From Methanomassiliicoccales archaeon (lineage in GTDB: Archaea; Thermoplasmatota; Thermoplasmata; Methanomassiliicoccales; JACIVX01), in assembly GCA_024464195.1 (NCBI GenBank), contig JANHAK010000001.1, forward strand, positions 1 to 33,793: a stretch of 33,793 nucleotides of DNA. The letters run 5' to 3'. Of this stretch, positions 17,493 to 27,070 are shown piece after piece. Position numbers and translations under genes: made by a program. The notes below the pieces were generated by a model. That model did not search any database, was not told the origin of the DNA, and saw only the letters and a program-made list of their open reading frames with translations. Position 1 is the first letter of the stretch; every line of letters starts with the position of its first letter.

Positions 17493-19347
17493 TGAAGCAA
17501 TCATCGGCCTCGAAATCCACCAACAGCTCGATACGAAGAAACTTTTCTGTTCCTGCGATTCGACGCTTGTTGATCTCGAAGGTCTCACTTTCACGCGGAG
17601 GTTAAGGCCTACTCAGAGCGAACTCGGCGACGTTGATCGTGCAGCGCTTGCTGAGGCAGAGAAACGCATGAAATTCAATTACCAAGCGCCTCGCGGCGTC
17701 TCGTGCCTTGTGGAAGCTGATGAGGAACCGCCTCACGACGCGAATCGAGATGCGATTGAGATTGGTTTGACAATCGCCTCTCTCTTGAACGCGGCACCGG
17801 TCGACGAGATACATTTTATGAGAAAAATCGTTATCGATGGCTCGAATACGACGGGCTTTCAGAGAACTGCCCTTATCGCTCTTGACGGCTCAATTGAGAT
17901 CAATAATAAAAGGATTTCAATTCCGACGATTTGCCTTGAGGAGGATGCTGCAAGAAAGATCGAAATAAAAACTGGCGAAGTTACTTACAGATTGGACCGT
18001 CTTGGCATACCCCTTATTGAAATCGCGACAGGCCCAGAGCTTCACACGCCAGAGGAGGTCAAGATTGCGGCGCAGAAGATCGGGTCGGTTTTGAGGGCAA
18101 CGAAGCGTGTAAAACGCGGAATAGGCACAATACGGGAGGATCTTAATATTTCAATTCCAGGTGGAGCAAGAGTTGAGATCAAGGGGGTTCAGGAGCTCAG
18201 GATGTTACCGATCTACGTTTCAAAGGAAATCGAAAGGCAGAAAATGTTACTTGAAATCAGTGAGATACTTCGATCGCGATCAGTTCCAGAAGTTACTCCT
18301 CATTTTTTCGACTGTACCGAGATTTTTAGGAATACAAGATCGAAGATTGTGCGATCATCGATTTCGTCAGGCGGCAAAGTTCTTGTTCTCCCACTGAAGG
18401 GATTTGCTGGCGTGCTTAAGAGCGCGGATAATCGTTTTCGCCTTGGTGCTGAGCTTGCACAATATGCGAGGTCGAAAGGAGCTGGAGGAATCTTTCATAC
18501 AGATGAATTGCCCGGTTACGGAATCGATGAAGTCATGGTCGCCACTGTAAGGAAAACACTTGGACTCGAGGAAAATGACGCGTTCGTTATGTGTGCTGAC
18601 CTGCCAACAAAGGTCGAAAGAATTCTCGAAGCAGTTGCATTGCGTGCTAATTATGCTTTGATTGGTGTGCCTGAGGAAACTCGTGACCCGTTGCCTGACG
18701 GAACGACCGCTTATAGCAGACCATTGCCAGGCGCAGCCAGGATGTATCCTGAAACCGACGTCAAACCGATTACCGTCGATGTTGAGTTGATCACGCGCAT
18801 TAGAGAGAGATTGCCAGAGTTGCCCGAATCCAAGGTTAAGCGCTTCGTGTCGCAATATGGCATTCATGAGCAGCAAGCCGAGCAGATTATCAGGGAAGGC
18901 TTCGAAGAGATTTTCGAGGAAATCGCCTCGAAATGGGGCCTTGGGAGCATCGCTGCGAAAACACTGTTAAACACCTTCCCTGAGCTCGAGAGGGAAGGTG
19001 TTGGTGTTTACTCAATTGATGATGCTCGAATCAAAGAGCTTTTCCAGGCGCTCTACGATAACAGATTTGCAAAAGAGGCGCTTCCGGATATCCTCCGATT
19101 GATCGCAAAAGGGATCCCTCTGGAAAAGACGATCGAGGATCTCGGTTTGAAAACGATTTCGATGGACGAGGCAGTGGCGATTATTGAACGAATCGTTGAA
19201 CAAAGAAGAGAATTCATCGAAGAGAGGAAAATGAACGCGATGGGGCCTCTCATGGGTGAGGTTATGTCGCAGTTGAGAGGCAAAATCGATGGCAAGATCG
19301 CAAGCGAATTGCTAAGAAAAGCAATTGCGAGGATCATTGGAGACTAA
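17485..19347 (+). CDS. gatE: Glu-tRNA(Gln) amidotransferase subunit E
   Basis: N-terminus MNSEAIIGLEIHQQLDTKKLFCSC (GatB/E family). SD aggaggga lies 6-13 nt upstream. The ATG at 17485 overlaps the gatD stop by 8 nt. The track start at 17458 is a non-ATG extension inside gatD. Confidence 0.92.
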   Translation: MNSEAIIGLEIHQQLDTKKLFCSCDSTLVDLEGLTFTRRLRPTQSELGDVDRAALAEAEKRMKFNYQAPRGVSCLVEADEEPPHDANRDAIEIGLTIASLLNAAPVDEIHFMRKIVIDGSNTTGFQRTALIALDGSIEINNKRISIPTICLEEDAARKIEIKTGEVTYRLDRLGIPLIEIATGPELHTPEEVKIAAQKIGSVLRATKRVKRGIGTIREDLNISIPGGARVEIKGVQELRMLPIYVSKEIERQKMLLEISEILRSRSVPEVTPHFFDCTEIFRNTRSKIVRSSISSGGKVLVLPLKGFAGVLKSADNRFRLGAELAQYARSKGAGGIFHTDELPGYGIDEVMVATVRKTLGLEENDAFVMCADLPTKVERILEAVALRANYALIGVPEETRDPLPDGTTAYSRPLPGAARMYPETDVKPITVDVELITRIRERLPELPESKVKRFVSQYGIHEQQAEQIIREGFEEIFEEIASKWGLGSIAAKTLLNTFPELEREGVGVYSIDDARIKELFQALYDNRFAKEALPDILRLIAKGIPLEKTIEDLGLKTISMDEAVAIIERIVEQRREFIEERKMNAMGPLMGEVMSQLRGKIDGKIASELLRKAIARIIGD

Positions 19348-19913
19348 GGAACTCGGAGGCGAAGAACAGTCAATTCCTCAAAGAACATTTTTCTCTTCGC
19401 GATAAAATCAACTTTGAAAGGGACAAGTAGTTCCTTCAATGTATCTTGATTCATGAGCGAAGAAACAACAATGAATATCCTTCCCGTTTTCTTTAGAAAT
19501 AGAAGGACGGAACGGAGAAAACGTTGCAAGACTTCAACACCATCGGCCCCTCCAGCCCAAGAGATTGACTCATATGTGTCTTTATCAACGGGTAGATAGG
19601 GCGGGTTGAAAATGATTATGTCAAATTGTCCAGTAATCGCAGAAAATAGATCGGAACGAAGGACGTTTACAGGCACAGAGTTTCTTTCGGCATTGCCCCT
19701 CGTACATTGTACGGCTTCCTCCTTAATATCGACGGCGGTGACGATAGCGCCGGCCATCGCGCAGTGAATCGAAATGATACCGGTTCCGCATCCGATTTCG
19801 AGGACCTCCTCGTCTTTTTCGACATCAATTGATTCAAGTAAAAGGTAAGTATCTTCTCTCGGCGGATATACGCCGGGACATTCCTTAATATGGATCTGCC
19901 TTTCAATCTTCAT
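19344..19913 (-). CDS. HemK-related N5-glutamine (release factor) methyltransferase, Mtq2/PrmC-like
   Basis: SAM motif VLEIGCGTGIISI and catalytic IIIFNPPYLP (NPPY). Likely start is the ATG at 19913 (MKIERQIHIKECPGVYPPREDTYLL). The 3' end overlaps the gatE stop by 4 nt (convergent). Confidence 0.8.
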   Translation of the reverse strand: MKIERQIHIKECPGVYPPREDTYLLLESIDVEKDEEVLEIGCGTGIISIHCAMAGAIVTAVDIKEEAVQCTRGNAERNSVPVNVLRSDLFSAITGQFDIIIFNPPYLPVDKDTYESISWAGGADGVEVLQRFLRSVLLFLKKTGRIFIVVSSLMNQDTLKELLVPFKVDFIAKRKMFFEELTVLRLRVP

Positions 19914-20059
19914 ATCTCTTCCATCTTTATAATTTGATACAGATGCAGCATAAAAGAATATCTTCATCGTTAATTTTGCTGAAAATCCCATAGTTTACTT
20001 TCATTGACTTGCGAAACGCAAATAATGCTAGAGTTTGCTACACTCCGCCAGGTGTTCGG

Positions 20060-20968
20060 ATGAATTTTCTTTCGTGGATCGCGATCATCATCGTTATTGT
20101 TTCAATTTTCCTCGGTTTCACGAAACGAGTCAGTATGACAAATTCGTTGATCATGGGAAATCTTGTTATTTATTTTTTGACGATTATTTCACTCGAAAAT
20201 TTTGGCTTCTTTGCGATCTCGCCAGTCCAGCTCGAATTGGGATTTAAGCCAGTGTATCTCATGACGGGAGAGAATTTTTACACTCTGATCACGCAGATGT
20301 TTGTGCACTCGTCGATAGCCCATATCTTTTTCAATATGCTCTTTCTTTTTCTCATAGGCGGGCACCTCGAATTGAGAATTGGAAAATCGCGGTTTTTCGC
20401 GATTTATTTACTAGCCGGCGTGATCGGAGTGTTGATGGAATCACTCGTTCAATGGGGTTCAAATGTGTTAATTATTGGGGCTTCTGGGGCGATTTCGGGT
20501 GCCATGGGTGCATTGCTCCTCCTTTATCCAAAAGAGGAAATTCCGATGTTTCTGGGACCCATTTTCTTACCTCGCGTACCTGTTTGGCTTTCAGTCGGAA
20601 CATGGTTTGCGATCCAAGTTGCTATGGTTTTTGTCGACTCAGGACCGATCGCCTACACCGCACATATTGGCGGATTTCTTGCTGGGGCGTTGCTCGCCTC
20701 AGCAATGTCTCCTGGGATTAAAGTCGCCGACCAGAGAAAACGTGAGGCATTTCGATTCGAGACCTCAGCGCTTGAATCCCTAGCGACGACGGAGGAGCTT
20801 AAAAACGCACTAGCAATTATAAGAGAAGAAAAATTTGAGGACGTGAGAAAGGCGTGGCTTGAATATTTTGCGAAGCATGCCCGATGTCCAAAATGCGGAT
20901 CACCACTTTCTTGCAATCGCTATCAACTTCGGTGCACTTCATGTGATTTTGCAACGGTGGTGAAATGA
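20060..20968 (+). CDS. Rhomboid-family intramembrane serine protease with a C-terminal Zn-ribbon
   Basis: Catalytic GASGAISGAMGALLL (GxSG) and HIGGFLAGALLA (His), multiple TM helices, and a C-terminal CPKCGSPLSCNRYQLRCTSCDF. The ATG at 20060 (MNFLSWIAIIIV) is preferred to the track start at 20009. Confidence 0.85.
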   Translation: MNFLSWIAIIIVIVSIFLGFTKRVSMTNSLIMGNLVIYFLTIISLENFGFFAISPVQLELGFKPVYLMTGENFYTLITQMFVHSSIAHIFFNMLFLFLIGGHLELRIGKSRFFAIYLLAGVIGVLMESLVQWGSNVLIIGASGAISGAMGALLLLYPKEEIPMFLGPIFLPRVPVWLSVGTWFAIQVAMVFVDSGPIAYTAHIGGFLAGALLASAMSPGIKVADQRKREAFRFETSALESLATTEELKNALAIIREEKFEDVRKAWLEYFAKHARCPKCGSPLSCNRYQLRCTSCDFATVVK

Positions 20969-21540
20969 AAGGAATGAGAGTAGAAGTTCTGTTCGAAGGC
21001 ATGATTCGAAAAGCTGGTGGTTTCGTCGTTGAGGCGCACTCAAGTTCAACCCTTATTTACAATGATGAGATAAGAGCAATCGTGGATACAAGCAGCAGCG
21101 CGTATCGCGAAAAATTGCTCACTTCTCTTAGAAACTTAGATATTGGATGCGATGAGATCGATGTCGTAGTGGCTACGCACCTTCACTACGATCACATTGG
21201 GAATAACGATCTTTTCGCTCAAGCGCGGTTTATCGCTCACGTAAACGAGTATCCCCCTGAACATTACGTGAAGATCTCTAGTGATGTTGATCTCTTTGAA
21301 GGTGTCCGCATCGTTCATACACCAGGGCACACGCGAGGTAGCATCAGTGTCTTCGTCGAGTCGGAATCGAGAGTTGCAATCGTAGGCGACGCGCTACCAA
21401 CGAAGGATAATTATGTGAAATGGTTGCCGCCAGGAATTCATTACGATGCATCAGAGGCGCTCAAGAGTATGAAGAGAATAGTCACTTTTGCAGATCTCGT
21501 GATTCCAGGCCACGACCGCCCGTTTAAGATCAACCGATAA
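20965..21540 (+). CDS. MBL-fold metallo-hydrolase (small, 191 aa)
   Basis: Metal motif ATHLHYDHIGN (HxHxDH), a later HTPGHTRG, and GHD near the C-terminus. ATGA overlap with the rhomboid stop. Confidence 0.8.
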   Translation: MKGMRVEVLFEGMIRKAGGFVVEAHSSSTLIYNDEIRAIVDTSSSAYREKLLTSLRNLDIGCDEIDVVVATHLHYDHIGNNDLFAQARFIAHVNEYPPEHYVKISSDVDLFEGVRIVHTPGHTRGSISVFVESESRVAIVGDALPTKDNYVKWLPPGIHYDASEALKSMKRIVTFADLVIPGHDRPFKINR

Positions 21541-21561
21541 TTATAACTGGGGGTACGCTCA

Positions 21562-22179
21562 ATGAATTTGAAGATCGAAATGACAATCCCGAGTGCTGTT
21601 TACTTGGAGTGCCCCTCGTGCGGTACAAATACTCTCCATGAGGTTCTCAGAGGTAGGGTCGGAGGAAAGAAAGAAACACTGGAGGCGACGGTGCGCTGCA
21701 GGAAATGTGGCACCATTCATACTACTCTTTACACCGAAATGAAACCGCGAAAGATCCCTATCGTCATCAGCGATTTTGGAAAATCGCGGAAAGAGGAAAT
21801 CGAACTCGGTCCAGACGAACTGGTCACGATCGGCGATGAGCTGATTGTTGGGGATACGCAAGTCATTGTGACCTCGATCGAAAGCGGCGAAAAAAGAATA
21901 AAAGAATGCGTCGCCAGGGAAATAGGCACGATATGGGCGAAGAGATTTGATAGGGTGAAGGTTAAGATATCAATCAATAAGGGCACCAAGACGATTCCCG
22001 CCGAGATGCTTGTTCCGCCCGATGAGGAGTTTTACGTTGGGGATCTCCTGACTGTCGGGAAGTACCATGTTGTTGTACATAATATCAAGACGAAGGACAG
22101 AATGCTAAGAGATGGTGGAAGCGAGGCGCGAGAGATTGTCAGAATTTATGCCAAGATCGTCAGGACGACGAGCGCTTGA
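21562..22179 (+). CDS. Archaeal Zn-ribbon protein (COG1326 / HVO_0476-like family)
   Basis: N-terminal CPSCG...(24 aa)...CRKCG four-Cys ribbon, followed by a roughly 140-aa domain of unknown function. The family assignment is from memory of its architecture and is not verified. Confidence 0.5.
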   Translation: MNLKIEMTIPSAVYLECPSCGTNTLHEVLRGRVGGKKETLEATVRCRKCGTIHTTLYTEMKPRKIPIVISDFGKSRKEEIELGPDELVTIGDELIVGDTQVIVTSIESGEKRIKECVAREIGTIWAKRFDRVKVKISINKGTKTIPAEMLVPPDEEFYVGDLLTVGKYHVVVHNIKTKDRMLRDGGSEAREIVRIYAKIVRTTSA

Positions 22180-22191
22180 GGTGCTTGTGGC

Positions 22192-22845
22192 ATGGATTTC
22201 GACATCGAAAGGAAACGAATGATCAGATCTCTCGTTGAAAAGGGCTACCTCACAAAGCCTGATGTGATTAAGGCGATGGAAAAAGTCCCTCGACATCTCT
22301 TTGTCCCTGAGGGTATTCGTCGAAGTGCATACATTGATACGCCTCTTTCAATCGGGGAAGGACAAACAATCTCCGCACCGCATATGGTTGCGATTATGGT
22401 CGAAGCTCTCGATCTTCGTCCCGGTATGAAGGTTCTCGAGGTTGGTGGAGGATCGGGTTATCATGCAGCAGTTATGGGAGAGATTGTGAGACCAGATGGC
22501 CATGTGTATAGTGTTGAAAGGATCGAATCTCTTGCTGAAAGGGCAAAAAAGAATCTCAAAGAGGCGGGGTATGACGACATCGTGACGATCGTCGTTGGCG
22601 ATGGTTCAAAGGGCCTGGGGGAATTCGCACCATTTGACAGGATTTGTGTTGCTGCGGCGGCTCCTGGAGTGCCCGAACCGTTAAAACAGCAGCTTGCTGA
22701 CGATGGCAAATTGCTCATACCAGTTGGAGGTCGATGGTATCAGGATCTCATTCTCGTCGAGAGAAAACAAAACAAATTTCTTCAAACAAACCTCGGTGGC
22801 TGTGTCTTTGTGCCACTAATTGGTGAGTACGGATACGGCAATTGA
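22192..22845 (+). CDS. pcm: Protein-L-isoaspartate O-methyltransferase
   Basis: GQTISAPHMVAIMVEAL and VLEVGGGSGYHAAVMGEIV motifs, 217 aa. Confidence 0.92.
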   Translation: MDFDIERKRMIRSLVEKGYLTKPDVIKAMEKVPRHLFVPEGIRRSAYIDTPLSIGEGQTISAPHMVAIMVEALDLRPGMKVLEVGGGSGYHAAVMGEIVRPDGHVYSVERIESLAERAKKNLKEAGYDDIVTIVVGDGSKGLGEFAPFDRICVAAAAPGVPEPLKQQLADDGKLLIPVGGRWYQDLILVERKQNKFLQTNLGGCVFVPLIGEYGYGN

Positions 22846-23507
22846 GAAGGTACTTCGAAGATGAATGGAAGAACGGCACGCAAATCATTTGATTGAACAG
22901 TGACATGAGCCTTTCTAACGACGATCTCATCAATCGGATTAAATGCGATTGAAAGACCACTCTCTTCAAACATCGACACATCGACGAAGCTATTTCCTAT
23001 ACTCACAACTCTGTTTCTTGCAATGCCCCATTTTTTCAGAAATGAATCAAGTGCCCGTCGTTTATTCGTCAGTTCAACCCTCAAAATCCCTTCGCCAGTT
23101 AAGCAGCCATTTTCATCGTACTCGAGACCATTTGCAATATAATCGTCAAATCCAAAGACACGCTTGATTTTTTCAGCAATAATGTCTAATCCTCCACTCA
23201 CGATGACAACTTTCATCCCAGCATTTTTCAATGCGCGGACTGTTTCATCAATGCCTTCCAGAAGGGGCAGAGGGCTAAGAATTCTTTCGATATCATCTCT
23301 GTTTAAATCACTCTTGCACGATTTCCAAAGAGCGATGTCTCTGCGCATGAACTCGATATCGTCAATTTCGCCATGGATGTACCTTTCCAGCGAGGTCTCA
23401 TTATTCACGCCGAAATGATCATGGATCCATGTCCATGAGCTTGGATAATCGACGAGAACACCATCCATATCAAAGGCCACAAGATCGAAGCGTCTTTCCA
23501 TCGTCAT
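22782..23507 (-). CDS. HAD-superfamily phosphatase (phosphoserine-phosphatase-like, HAD-IB type)
   Basis: Motif I FDMDGVLV, motif II VIVSGG, motif IV IGNSFVDVSM. Start is the ATG at 23507 (or 23501). The track's 56-codon upstream extension crosses the divergent TraB promoter and is rejected. The 3' end overlaps pcm by 64 nt. Confidence 0.75.
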   Translation of the reverse strand: MTMERRFDLVAFDMDGVLVDYPSSWTWIHDHFGVNNETSLERYIHGEIDDIEFMRRDIALWKSCKSDLNRDDIERILSPLPLLEGIDETVRALKNAGMKVVIVSGGLDIIAEKIKRVFGFDDYIANGLEYDENGCLTGEGILRVELTNKRRALDSFLKKWGIARNRVVSIGNSFVDVSMFEESGLSIAFNPIDEIVVRKAHVTVQSNDLRAVLPFIFEVPSQLPYPYSPISGTKTQPPRFV

Positions 23508-23555
23508 TTTCCTGATCAGAGAAGAGCATGAAAAGATTATTAAAATCTTCGCGCC

Positions 23556-24290
23556 ATGAGTCGAATAATGATCACGCTTGTCGGTGTGGGTCACGTTTTT
23601 AATCTTTCGGAGCAGGTGCGCCAGATCATATTCTCTCAGAAACCCAATGTTGTTTGTGTCGAATTGGATCCCCACCGTTATGAGATTCTACGCAATCCTC
23701 AGACGGCTCAGTCAATGCCTATTATGTATCGCATGCTCGCTGAAGTGCAGAAAAGAATGGCAAAAGAATTTGGTGGAGAAGTTGGAATGGAGATGATTGC
23801 TGCGACTGAGGCCGCGAAAGAAATCGGAGCAGTCGTCGAGTTCATCGATGAGGATGCGGCGGTGGTTTTCGAAAAACTTTGGAAAGAAATGCCGGTCAAA
23901 GAAAAGGTCTGCCTTATGTTTTCGGCAATTACTGGTTTTTTTATGACCAAAGGAAAAATCGAGAAAGAATTGGAAAGATTTGAGGAGAATGGGGAGGATT
24001 ACATCAAGTCATTCGGTGAACAGTTTCCGACGATCAAGAAAATACTCATCGACGATCGTAATAGAATGATGGCATCGAGAATAGAAGACGCATGTGCGCA
24101 TCATGGTGAAGTAGTGGCCGTGGTCGGCGATGGCCACATTGAGGGTATCAAGAAGCTTCTGAATGATAATGAAATCAAGGTTTTCAGATTGCGGGATTTG
24201 AGAGTATGGCCATCCCACGATGGAAAGAAAACGCCGGCTGGCAACGCCGAAGCATCCTTCCATTTTACTTACTCGGATCAGTATTTATGA
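23556..24290 (+). CDS. TraB/PrgY-family protein
   Basis: ITLVGVGHVF near the N-terminus, VCVELD, and VVAVVGDGHIEGIKKLL. These are typical of the TraB family. An alternative start is the ATG at 23568 (MITLVG...). Confidence 0.75.
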   Translation: MSRIMITLVGVGHVFNLSEQVRQIIFSQKPNVVCVELDPHRYEILRNPQTAQSMPIMYRMLAEVQKRMAKEFGGEVGMEMIAATEAAKEIGAVVEFIDEDAAVVFEKLWKEMPVKEKVCLMFSAITGFFMTKGKIEKELERFEENGEDYIKSFGEQFPTIKKILIDDRNRMMASRIEDACAHHGEVVAVVGDGHIEGIKKLLNDNEIKVFRLRDLRVWPSHDGKKTPAGNAEASFHFTYSDQYL

Positions 24291-24343
24291 AAACCATATA
24301 TCACACAAGAACAATCTATTAACACGAAGTTAAGGGGCGATCG

Positions 24344-25024
24344 ATGAGGGTCAAACTTCTTTCTTACACGAAGGATGCCGAAAAACTCTGTGCCGCGGCC
24401 GCACAATCTTGTTACTCAGAAAAACCAGCGAGCGAATTGTTAACGGATATTGATGATGCCCGGTCAGGCAAAATCATCTCAAAAGTTGTAGGCATGGGTC
24501 ATCATTCTGTAATTGAGCACGCATGTTACACCTTTAGCGTCGAAGGCGTTTCAAGGGCACTGACACATCAGCTTGTGCGGCACAGGATTGCGTCATATTC
24601 ACAGCAGAGCCAGCGTTACGTCTCAATGGATCACGCGTATTACGTGATTCCCCCTAGCATTGAAAAAGACAGAGAGATGGCTAGTGAATTCAAGAGACTG
24701 ATGGATGAGATTTGGAAAGTCTATAGGCGATTATCTGAAAAGGTTGACGTAGAAGATGCGCGGTACGTGTTGCCAAATGCATGCGCGACGAATATCACTG
24801 TGACGATGAACGCGAGAGAATTGCTGCATTTTTTTTCACTTCGCTGTTGCAATCGTGCTCAGTGGGAGATCAGAGAAGTCGCTGATAAAATGCTAGCTGA
24901 AGTCAAAAGGGTCTCACCGGCAATTTTCGAAAACGCGGGACCGCCTTGCATGAGGGGACCATGTCCTGAGGGCAAAATGAGTTGTGGAAAGCCGCGGCGT
25001 GACGAGTTGAAAAGGCTTAAATAA
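24344..25024 (+). CDS. thyX: Flavin-dependent thymidylate synthase ThyX
   Basis: ThyX signature RHRIASYSQQSQRY (RHRxxSxxxxSxR), 226 aa, with SD taagggg upstream. Confidence 0.93.
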   Translation: MRVKLLSYTKDAEKLCAAAAQSCYSEKPASELLTDIDDARSGKIISKVVGMGHHSVIEHACYTFSVEGVSRALTHQLVRHRIASYSQQSQRYVSMDHAYYVIPPSIEKDREMASEFKRLMDEIWKVYRRLSEKVDVEDARYVLPNACATNITVTMNARELLHFFSLRCCNRAQWEIREVADKMLAEVKRVSPAIFENAGPPCMRGPCPEGKMSCGKPRRDELKRLK

Positions 25025-25058
25025 CAATATGGCTTAACCCGATGCTACCGGTGTAGGC

Positions 25059-25250
25059 ATGGGAAAAATACGACCTACGTATATCAAGAGGGTGGCGCTT
25101 GAACTTGTCAAGAAATATCCGAAAGCGTTCAATGACGATTTCGAGCACAATAAGCTGTTGGTAGAGAAGCTTACCGATGTTTACTCTCCCGCGATGAGGA
25201 ATCGCATAGCAGGTTACGTGACGCGATACTGGCAGCAGCTCGAACAATGA
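25059..25250 (+). CDS. rps17e: 30S ribosomal protein S17e
   Basis: 63 aa, MGKIRPTYIKRVALELVKKYPKAFNDDFEHNK, the characteristic eS17 N-terminus. Confidence 0.92.
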   Translation: MGKIRPTYIKRVALELVKKYPKAFNDDFEHNKLLVEKLTDVYSPAMRNRIAGYVTRYWQQLEQ

Positions 25251-25292
25251 TCGATAGTTTTTTCATCACCCTCTTTCTTCTCTTCGCCAACG

Positions 25293-26258
25293 ATGAACAA
25301 TGCTGTTGAGTGTAGATCACTGACTCGATCTTTCAAAGGGAATGCGAAGCAGCAGGCGATCATCGCGCTCGATAACATCGATCTCGATGTTAGAGAAGGC
25401 GAGCTTTTTGGCTTGCTCGGACCGAATGGTGCTGGCAAGACAACATTGATCAAAATCCTTGCAACTCTATTACTTCCTTCGTCAGGAAAGGTCACAGTAT
25501 TGGGATATGATGTAGAACGGGAAGCGCATAAGATAAGACCTCGCATTAACATGGTTTCTGGCGGGGAATTTTCTGGATATGGATTATTGACTGTGAGAGA
25601 AAATCTCTGGATGTTTTCGCAATTCTATGGTATCCCGACTAGGATTGCAAAGCAAAGGATCGATGAATTGCTCCATGACTTCGAGCTCGCAGACAAGGCG
25701 GACGCGAAAGTGAGAACGATATCGACGGGCCAACGGCAAAGAATGAATGTCGTCAGAGGTTTTGTAACCGACCCTGATTTAATTTTTCTTGATGAGCCAA
25801 CGCTTGGTCTCGATGTCAATTCGAGCAGGACAATCCGAGATTACATACGAAGGTGGGTTAGAGAACAGAATGGAAAAACGGCACTGATCACAACTCATTA
25901 TATGATGGAGGCTGAGGAACTCTGTGATCGGGTCGCGATCATCGACAGGGGACGCATTCTCGCCTGCGACTCGCCTTGCAACCTTAAGAAACAAGTTCAG
26001 AGAGACGCTGTTTTCACTCTTGAAACAACGCAATTCGCCGATCTCGATTCAATCGGGCATATCAGCGGCGTGAAGGGGTACACTGGTGAAACCAATGGGG
26101 AACGACAGAAGATTAGGATCGTAGCCGAAGAGGAGTCCGTGCTGGCTGAAGTCATCCAGGTGATAGCGGGAAAGGGGGGAAAGGTGATCTCACTAACCAA
26201 GGTTGAGTCAACACTTGAGGATGTCTTCTTGCAGCTCGTTGGAAGAGGACTGATATGA
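25293..26258 (+). CDS. ABC transporter ATP-binding protein (ABC-2 exporter type)
   Basis: Walker A GPNGAGKTT, signature ISTGQRQR, Walker B LIFLDEPTLGLD, and a roughly 90-aa C-terminal accessory domain. Confidence 0.9.
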   Translation: MNNAVECRSLTRSFKGNAKQQAIIALDNIDLDVREGELFGLLGPNGAGKTTLIKILATLLLPSSGKVTVLGYDVEREAHKIRPRINMVSGGEFSGYGLLTVRENLWMFSQFYGIPTRIAKQRIDELLHDFELADKADAKVRTISTGQRQRMNVVRGFVTDPDLIFLDEPTLGLDVNSSRTIRDYIRRWVREQNGKTALITTHYMMEAEELCDRVAIIDRGRILACDSPCNLKKQVQRDAVFTLETTQFADLDSIGHISGVKGYTGETNGERQKIRIVAEEESVLAEVIQVIAGKGGKVISLTKVESTLEDVFLQLVGRGLI

Positions 26259-27070
26259 TTGATTGGCGTTTGAATCTCCGTGCTGTTATCGGAAGAGCCT
26301 ATCCACGAGTCATTGGATCTTTTAGAGAACCAAGTTGGTTATTTTTTGACATCTTCCTTCCTCTTTTGGGGATCGCGGCTTTTGCTTTTTATTATCAAGC
26401 ACTCGGCGCCCCCTCGGTTTTCATTGGCTTTGTAATTCTTGGCGGCGCGATGACAGCATACTGGCTCAACGTTCTCTGGAGTATGGCGGCACAATTCTAC
26501 TGGGAGAAAGAAGTGGGAAACCTCCAGCTATACCTCATGGCGCCGATGTCGCGCATGTCTGTTCTTGCTGGTATGGCACTTGGTGGTATTTTTTTCACTT
26601 CAGTTCGCGCACTGTCAACACTTGCTTTAGGATTGCTAATTTTTGGCATCGAAATCGAGATCACTTCTCCAATTAGCCTCCTGGTCGTCTTCTTTCTAAC
26701 CCTTTTTGCATTGTACGGCATGGGGATGATGTTCTCCTCCCTTTACCTCCTCTACGGCAGGGGCGTATGGCATTTATCGAGCGTTTTTCAGGAACCGATC
26801 TATTTCGTTTCTGGCTTTTATTTCCCAGTAAAAGCCCTTGGATTTTGGGTATCGCTTCTTGCTTCAATTGTTCCAATCACTCTCGGTCTCGATGCGATGA
26901 GACAGCTGATTTTCGCTGGGCAGGAAACGATGGGATTTCTACCAGTCAGTGTCGAGATCGTTGTTCTTATCCTTTTGGCGGTTGTTTTCATTTACGGCGC
27001 CCGCGTCGCGCTTAATTTCATGGAGAATCTCGGCAAGAGAGAAGGGAGGTTGACCTTGCGATGGCAGTAA
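26255..27070 (+). CDS. ABC-2 type transporter permease (subunit 1)
   Basis: ATGA overlap with the ATPase stop. About 6 predicted TM helices, 271 aa. Confidence 0.8.
   Translation: MIDWRLNLRAVIGRAYPRVIGSFREPSWLFFDIFLPLLGIAAFAFYYQALGAPSVFIGFVILGGAMTAYWLNVLWSMAAQFYWEKEVGNLQLYLMAPMSRMSVLAGMALGGIFFTSVRALSTLALGLLIFGIEIEITSPISLLVVFFLTLFALYGMGMMFSSLYLLYGRGVWHLSSVFQEPIYFVSGFYFPVKALGFWVSLLASIVPITLGLDAMRQLIFAGQETMGFLPVSVEIVVLILLAVVFIYGARVALNFMENLGKREGRLTLRWQ

Noticed and set aside
18367-18876. Long antisense ORFs inside real genes: 169 aa opposite gatE, 139 aa at 5951-6370 opposite trxA, 131 aa at 5067-5462, and the many 60-115-aa ORFs opposite aglB and the giant gene
   Set aside because: They lie entirely within, and antisense or out of frame to, strongly supported genes. 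They have no motifs or start signals and have biased shadow-frame composition.
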